From contig DAIENX010000097.1 in the NCBI GenBank assembly GCA_027340875.1, positions 1-23,145 on the forward strand: a stretch of DNA of 23,145 nucleotides, written 5' to 3'. Made by a program: the position numbers and the translations under genes. The first letter of the stretch is position 1; every line of letters begins with the position of its first letter. Below, piece by piece: positions 18,608-23,145 of the stretch. Below the pieces are notes generated by a model that made no database searches, had not been told where the DNA came from, and saw nothing but the letters and a program-made list of their open reading frames with translations. The DNA comes from Elusimicrobiota bacterium. Its GTDB lineage: Bacteria > Elusimicrobiota > Elusimicrobia > Elusimicrobiales > UBA9959.

Positions 18608-21409
18608 ATGAGAACCAAGATATTGTTGTCGTTTGTGCTACTATCGGTAAGTCTCCTTAATCGAGGGTATGCTGGTTTTCCGGCCTTCGTTCAAGCATCG
18701 CCGAGTGAATTCTCAAAATTGGAGCTTTCTAGTGGTGTTAAACTAATTGATTTCGATGTTTCTCGTGTTCGTCCTCAAGCGGTATTGCTGACAGTTGATG
18801 CGAAACAGGCATATACGCTGTCGCTGTGGGAGATCGGAAAGCCTTCCGCCGAGATGTTTTGGGCGATCCCTAAAGAATATCAGCCTAAAAACATCCTCTT
18901 CCATCCTGAGGATAAAAATTTCTTTCTGCTTGCGAAAGACCGAACTGATTATGTTATTTTAAAAATCAGCAAGGACCAGACAGTTAAAAGCCAAGTAATC
19001 TTCCGAACTAAAAAACAATTGCGCCGGTTGGTAGTCGGGCCACGGCCGTTTAGTTACGAATACAAATTGCCGCCGCTATACAGGCTATTCTTCGGCGTTA
19101 AGACCGGAGACAACATTTATGCTATTAATTCTGTTACAGAAGATGGCACCCGTGAATATCAAGTCATTGGGGCAAAATCCGATCCAGCGGAGATTAAAAG
19201 GCTTTCTTCGGATCTTGAAACAATAGGTTTAAAAGCGGCGTCTGCCCTTCCGTTATCTTTTCACCCTGCAGGCCATATAATGTTGTGGGAAGACGCGGAT
19301 AATTGTTTTCAGAAAGCAAAATACGCCAGCACTTCGTGGGGAGACACCAAACCGCTGTGGAGGCGGAAGGTCTGCGGCGGTACGGTTACTGTTACCCCGA
19401 ACGGGCTTGGGATACTTAACTGGCGTAAGGGCCAACCTGGAGTGGTTCTTTATCTTGACAATGGTCGGGACGAGCGGGTTTTGGCTTCGAGTTACACTTT
19501 CAATGGAACCCCATCGTCAACCCCCGATGGTAAGGGCATCGTCGGTGAAGTGAAAGATGACAATGGCGTCGTGACATTGGTCTATACTCCTGTCGATGTT
19601 CCCCTTGCCGATGTGGCAAATGCCTGGATGTTCGTTGGAAACCGCAATGAGACAGAATTGTTCCATGGCAGCGGCGGACTACTGCGCGATTTGAAAGACG
19701 ATCAGTTGTATAACCTGTACGAATCAGAGTTCTACACCTGTGGCGGGTATGATGAAACTCTGCCCGCGCGCCCGTATCTTGTTACCACAGATGTGTTCTG
19801 GGAAATATATGCCGCTGCATATGAGGGGATGTTCGTGCTGCAAGAGCGGAAGGCCGCCATGCCGGAGTTCCGGAAGTTTATCGAGGGCGGTTCCGGCTAC
19901 TTCACAAAATCTCCCACAAGACTTCGCCGTGTCTTTCAGGTGCTGCTAAATGTTTTAACCGAGGATAATCCTCAGGCCGGCAGTGAGGCGGACAAAATAC
20001 TGAAGGCGGAGGGGCAATCGCCTTCGAATGTGTTGGGGGTCGAACGATTCTTTTACGGGGATTTAAAGATTCGTGGACATTACAACTATAGCCGCGAGAC
20101 GCAACGCTATTTTAAAGCATTTAGATACCTCTCAATGATCTCCTTTACTCCGCAGGAGATGGGTGAACTGCAAAGCCTTCCTCAGGAAATAAAAGCGCAT
20201 GGGTTGGCGTGGATCAGCGCTTACAAGCCATTCATTGCGCCATCACGTGCCCCAGGGATATTGCATGCGACGGATTTTCCCAAATACCTTGGGCGTTCAA
20301 AACAGGATGAACAGACTATCTTCCCGCTTGCATGGGGGATGGATAACGAGGTGCTTAATTCCACTGTCTACCATGAGTTATGGCCGGAAGGGGAACAGAT
20401 AAAAGGTCCTGGTGGATTGCGGTTGCTGCCCTCCGGACTGGACCTGGCTGCGGTAATGGGGAGTTCGCTTGCAGAGGTGCTGCTTGAGGATGCAGGTGAA
20501 TTCCAGAAATACCCGCCGCTTAAGGATATGCTCGTTGCATTGCGGGCAAAGCTTACCCCTGAAACAAGGGGGGATAACCTTTACGACAATTGGATAAATG
20601 CGCTGGCTACTCAATGGAACGATGCGGCACTGGTGAGTAAGGATCAATTCGCCGGGGATACCTGGGCGGCTAAGCGCCTACAGACCGGGCTTGCCTCATG
20701 GGCGACCCTGCGGCATGCTACCGTACTTGTCAATGAGCGTACTGTCGCGGAATGCGGTGAGTCAGGCTTCGAGGATATTATAATGGAGAAACCGCGTGGT
20801 TACGTTGAACCGGATCCGGCAACTTTCGAGGCAATAGCGGGGCTATTTGCCGCCGCCTCGGAAATTGCAAAAGGCCTGCCGGCTGGCGATGATTCGCTTT
20901 ATGATAAAAACGATAAACGAAATTATGGCTTAAAAGAGGGGCTGGTTAAGAGACTCGCTGAAGTCAGGGAGAAGGCATTGTCGTTTGCTGCTATCTCGCG
21001 CAAGGAAATTGCAGGCCAACAGCTGACAGAGGACGAGTATGATGCAATTCACTATCTCGCCAGAGTGGCAGAGTACAACTTTTTGGTCCTAAAGAGCTTG
21101 GCAAAAGAGGATTTGGCTATATCCACGCCTGATCCAATGCCGAAGATCGCGGATGTAGCAGGCGGGCCGCTCACAGGTTTTCTGCTTTCTGCGGTAGGGC
21201 GTCCGATGGAATGGGATGCGATAACGCCATATTTTGGCCGCAGGCAGATAACACGCGGGGCGGTATATTCGTATTATGAATCCCGCTCTTCCATCCTTCG
21301 AAATGATGCAGAGTGGCTAAAGAATCTGCCGCAGGCTACACATCCTGCCTGGGTGCAGAAATTCGTGAGCCCGGAGCAAGTCTCTTGTCCGCCAGTCGCG
21401 CCATTCTAG
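18608..21409 (+). CDS. Exported DUF3160-family protein with N-terminal beta-propeller-like region (933 aa)
   Basis: Signal peptide MRTKILLSFVLLSVSLLNRGYA and SD GGAG at 18597-18600. DUF3160-like motifs PYLVTTD, RGHY, LQTGLASWATLRHATVL, GYVEPDP, IADV, GAVYSYYE, D.EW were recognised from memory, not by HMM. Confidence 0.8.
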   Translation: MRTKILLSFVLLSVSLLNRGYAGFPAFVQASPSEFSKLELSSGVKLIDFDVSRVRPQAVLLTVDAKQAYTLSLWEIGKPSAEMFWAIPKEYQPKNILFHPEDKNFFLLAKDRTDYVILKISKDQTVKSQVIFRTKKQLRRLVVGPRPFSYEYKLPPLYRLFFGVKTGDNIYAINSVTEDGTREYQVIGAKSDPAEIKRLSSDLETIGLKAASALPLSFHPAGHIMLWEDADNCFQKAKYASTSWGDTKPLWRRKVCGGTVTVTPNGLGILNWRKGQPGVVLYLDNGRDERVLASSYTFNGTPSSTPDGKGIVGEVKDDNGVVTLVYTPVDVPLADVANAWMFVGNRNETELFHGSGGLLRDLKDDQLYNLYESEFYTCGGYDETLPARPYLVTTDVFWEIYAAAYEGMFVLQERKAAMPEFRKFIEGGSGYFTKSPTRLRRVFQVLLNVLTEDNPQAGSEADKILKAEGQSPSNVLGVERFFYGDLKIRGHYNYSRETQRYFKAFRYLSMISFTPQEMGELQSLPQEIKAHGLAWISAYKPFIAPSRAPGILHATDFPKYLGRSKQDEQTIFPLAWGMDNEVLNSTVYHELWPEGEQIKGPGGLRLLPSGLDLAAVMGSSLAEVLLEDAGEFQKYPPLKDMLVALRAKLTPETRGDNLYDNWINALATQWNDAALVSKDQFAGDTWAAKRLQTGLASWATLRHATVLVNERTVAECGESGFEDIIMEKPRGYVEPDPATFEAIAGLFAAASEIAKGLPAGDDSLYDKNDKRNYGLKEGLVKRLAEVREKALSFAAISRKEIAGQQLTEDEYDAIHYLARVAEYNFLVLKSLAKEDLAISTPDPMPKIADVAGGPLTGFLLSAVGRPMEWDAITPYFGRRQITRGAVYSYYESRSSILRNDAEWLKNLPQATHPAWVQKFVSPEQVSCPPVAPF

Positions 21410-22824
21410 GCGTATTGCTTTCGACTCTTCTCACTCCTGCCGGCGCAGTCGGGCCGGCAGATGGGGTGCGGCTGGTATTTGCCGGAGATATCTTACTGTC
21501 TCGCCAAGTGGAAAGAGAACTTGAGCTCACAAAAAATTCTCCGTGGAAAGAGTTGTCTCCGCTGTTTCATGGGGCGGATTTTGTAATGGGGAATTTTGAG
21601 GGGGCAGTAGGGGCGTCGGACTCGTGCCCCGCTGAACTGGCGGAGAAACATCTTTGTTTTGCGGTGCGGGAAAAATTTCTTCCCCTTCTGCATGACGCTG
21701 GATTTTCCGCGGTTGGGATCGAGAACAATCATAGCGTAGATTTGGGACCTACAGGAAAACAGCGCACGGCAGAGGCCCTTAATAAGGCGGGGGTGGGGGC
21801 TTTAAGCTTTGCAGGCTCGCCGTATTTTTGCCGAAAAAAAGGAATTACTGTATCTATAGTTGCCGTCGATCTTATTTCGGCCAAGGTGCCGTTGGTGGAA
21901 TTAAGGCAGAAATTCCGCTTGGCCTCTAATTTTTCGGACCTGGTCGTGGCGTATGTCCACTGGGGCAGCGAGTTAAAGGATTGGGTTTCCGATGAGCAGG
22001 AGTTGATGGCAAGTTGGTTGGTCGAAAACGGAGCTGACTTGATTGTTGGCCACCATCCTCATGTAATTGAGAGGGCATCTTGTGTGTCCGGCAAGCCGGT
22101 GTTTTACTCGCTTGGGAATGATTTGTTCGACCAGAAATATCCTGCAACTAAAGAAGGGGCATTGGCTGACTGCGTGATAAAGAATGGGGAAATGCGCTGT
22201 GGGGCATTGCGCAGCAAAACCGGTGAAAGTTCTTTCTTCCCATTGGCGTCAGAACTGGATAAAGACCTTACTGATAACCTGTCATCATGCACCGTCAGAC
22301 TTCATGGGACATTGGCAATAGACGGTTTTTCGATGCGGCCGGTGATGGATGACGAGTTGGCTACTTCTGCAAACATCGCAATAGAGGCGCTTAAAGATGG
22401 TCGTCGGGTCTGGCGCACTCCGGCGAAAAAACTATTGTCGTTGGAAAAAATGCAGGTGAAAGGTGGCCGGGACTTGCTGCTTACTCTTGAAGAACATTAT
22501 TCGCCACTCGACAAAGAGCATTCTCCCAGGCCATATGTGTATGATGTCGGAGCATCGATGCTCGCGGCTAAATGGAGAGGGTCTGCTCTTGCGTGGCCAT
22601 TGATCGATGCTGTCGTGGTGAAAAAGCAGGCAGGAATGCTGTGCGCACTTCATCGGGGAGATTCGTTTTTGATCCCAGAGCCAGAAACAAAAAGCGTAAG
22701 AACAGCAATCTATCAATGGAATGGCTTTGGGTTTTCAGGTGTGCAGGACCGTGCCGCAACGGAATCCTGCCGGAGCTATTATAAAAAAGAAGCGGAGTCT
22801 TTCGGGCTGCGATTCGTTGACTGA
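21385..22824 (+). CDS. CapA (PGA_cap) family metallophosphoesterase with signal peptide and C-terminal extension
   Basis: Motifs AGDILLSR, GNFEG, NNHSVDLG, VHWGSE, GADLIVGHHPHV, YSLGND. An in-frame TTG at 21385 has GGAG 8 nt upstream and yields the signal peptide MSASRAILGVLLSTLLTPAGA. The ORF track start is GTG 21313. Confidence 0.88.
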   Translation: MSASRAILGVLLSTLLTPAGAVGPADGVRLVFAGDILLSRQVERELELTKNSPWKELSPLFHGADFVMGNFEGAVGASDSCPAELAEKHLCFAVREKFLPLLHDAGFSAVGIENNHSVDLGPTGKQRTAEALNKAGVGALSFAGSPYFCRKKGITVSIVAVDLISAKVPLVELRQKFRLASNFSDLVVAYVHWGSELKDWVSDEQELMASWLVENGADLIVGHHPHVIERASCVSGKPVFYSLGNDLFDQKYPATKEGALADCVIKNGEMRCGALRSKTGESSFFPLASELDKDLTDNLSSCTVRLHGTLAIDGFSMRPVMDDELATSANIAIEALKDGRRVWRTPAKKLLSLEKMQVKGGRDLLLTLEEHYSPLDKEHSPRPYVYDVGASMLAAKWRGSALAWPLIDAVVVKKQAGMLCALHRGDSFLIPEPETKSVRTAIYQWNGFGFSGVQDRAATESCRSYYKKEAESFGLRFVD

Positions 22825-22872
22825 GGCGGAAATGGAAGTGTTGCTTGGGGGAAGGGAAATCGCATCAAATTA

Positions 22873-22900
22873 AAAACCGCGGCTCTGATGGCGCGGTTTT
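22873..22900 (+). terminator. Putative terminator hairpin after the CapA-family gene
   Basis: AAAACCGCG-N10-CGCGGTTTT 9-bp stem. Confidence 0.55.
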
Positions 22901-22928
22901 GCTCTGTTTCCGAAAAAGCCTTCCTCAT

Positions 22929-23040
22929 CGGACCCATAATGGCAAAAAATAACCGCCGGGCGGTGCCGGCGGTCATTTTTTTGCGCCAAATCCAGAACGG
23001 GAAGAAATTTGGCGGTCGCTACAGGATGAAGTTAGAGACT
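22929..23040 (+). repeat. Structured direct repeat, copy 2 (right island boundary)
   Basis: CGGACC-CATAA-TGGCAAAAAA-[ACCGCCGG/CCGGCGGT hairpin]-T7-G-[CGCCAAAT/ATTTGGCG hairpin]-core TGGCGGTCGCTACAGGATGAAGTTAGAGACT. Confidence 0.8.
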
Positions 23041-23145
23041 ACTTTGCGCAACATCCCGAGGTAACTTTATAAATACCGCTGATGAGCCGTACAATCAGCG
23101 GTAGGCGGATCTTATCCGCGAGAAGCCGTCGCGGGCGCGGCCACT

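Larger units (their letters stand above)
18321..23040. mobile_element. Putative horizontally acquired island/cassette (about 4.7 kb)
   Basis: Visibly lower GC and relaxed codon usage compared with the flanking genes. Bounded by direct repeats. No integrase gene inside the window. Confidence 0.65.

Noticed and set aside
21313..21384. GTG 21313 start for the CapA-family gene
   Set aside because: It gives a 97-nt overlap with no clear SD and buries the signal peptide. TTG 21385 has GGAG at proper spacing.
21385..22824. Poly-gamma-glutamate capsule locus
   Set aside because: No capB/capC/capD genes are nearby, and a CapA domain alone does not indicate PGA synthesis.
22779..22976. 65-aa minus-strand ORF
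   Set aside because: It overlaps the CapA 3' end and hairpin region, and has no SD or motifs.
18321..23040. CRISPR array or classical integron attC
   Set aside because: Only two copies 4.7 kb apart, with no spacers or cas genes. I could not fit the RYYYAAC...GTTRRRY box architecture, and no intI is present.

Overview
GC-rich bacterial chromosomal segment. Heavy use of ATA for Ile and the gene mix suggest an Elusimicrobiota-like host, which is inference only. Bases 1-9075 hold the distal part of a complex I operon (nuoC partial, D, H, I, J, K, L, M, N) with no nuoEFG between D and H. NuoH has an N-terminal extension of about 85 aa. NuoL has a duplication of about 26-27 aa in its lateral helix, the signature of '2M' complexes, although only one nuoM is present. 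Housekeeping genes follow: a Nudix hydrolase, PcrA/UvrD helicase, a membrane class III adenylate cyclase, a deoxyhypusine-synthase-like protein, ychF and an archaeal-type valS. From about 18.5 to 22.8 kb lies a lower-GC island encoding two exported proteins (beta-propeller+DUF3160, and a CapA-family metallophosphoesterase). The island is bracketed by two copies of a structured direct repeat of about 100 bp (hairpin + hairpin + 31-nt conserved core, 27/31 identical) that looks like a recombination or cassette site.
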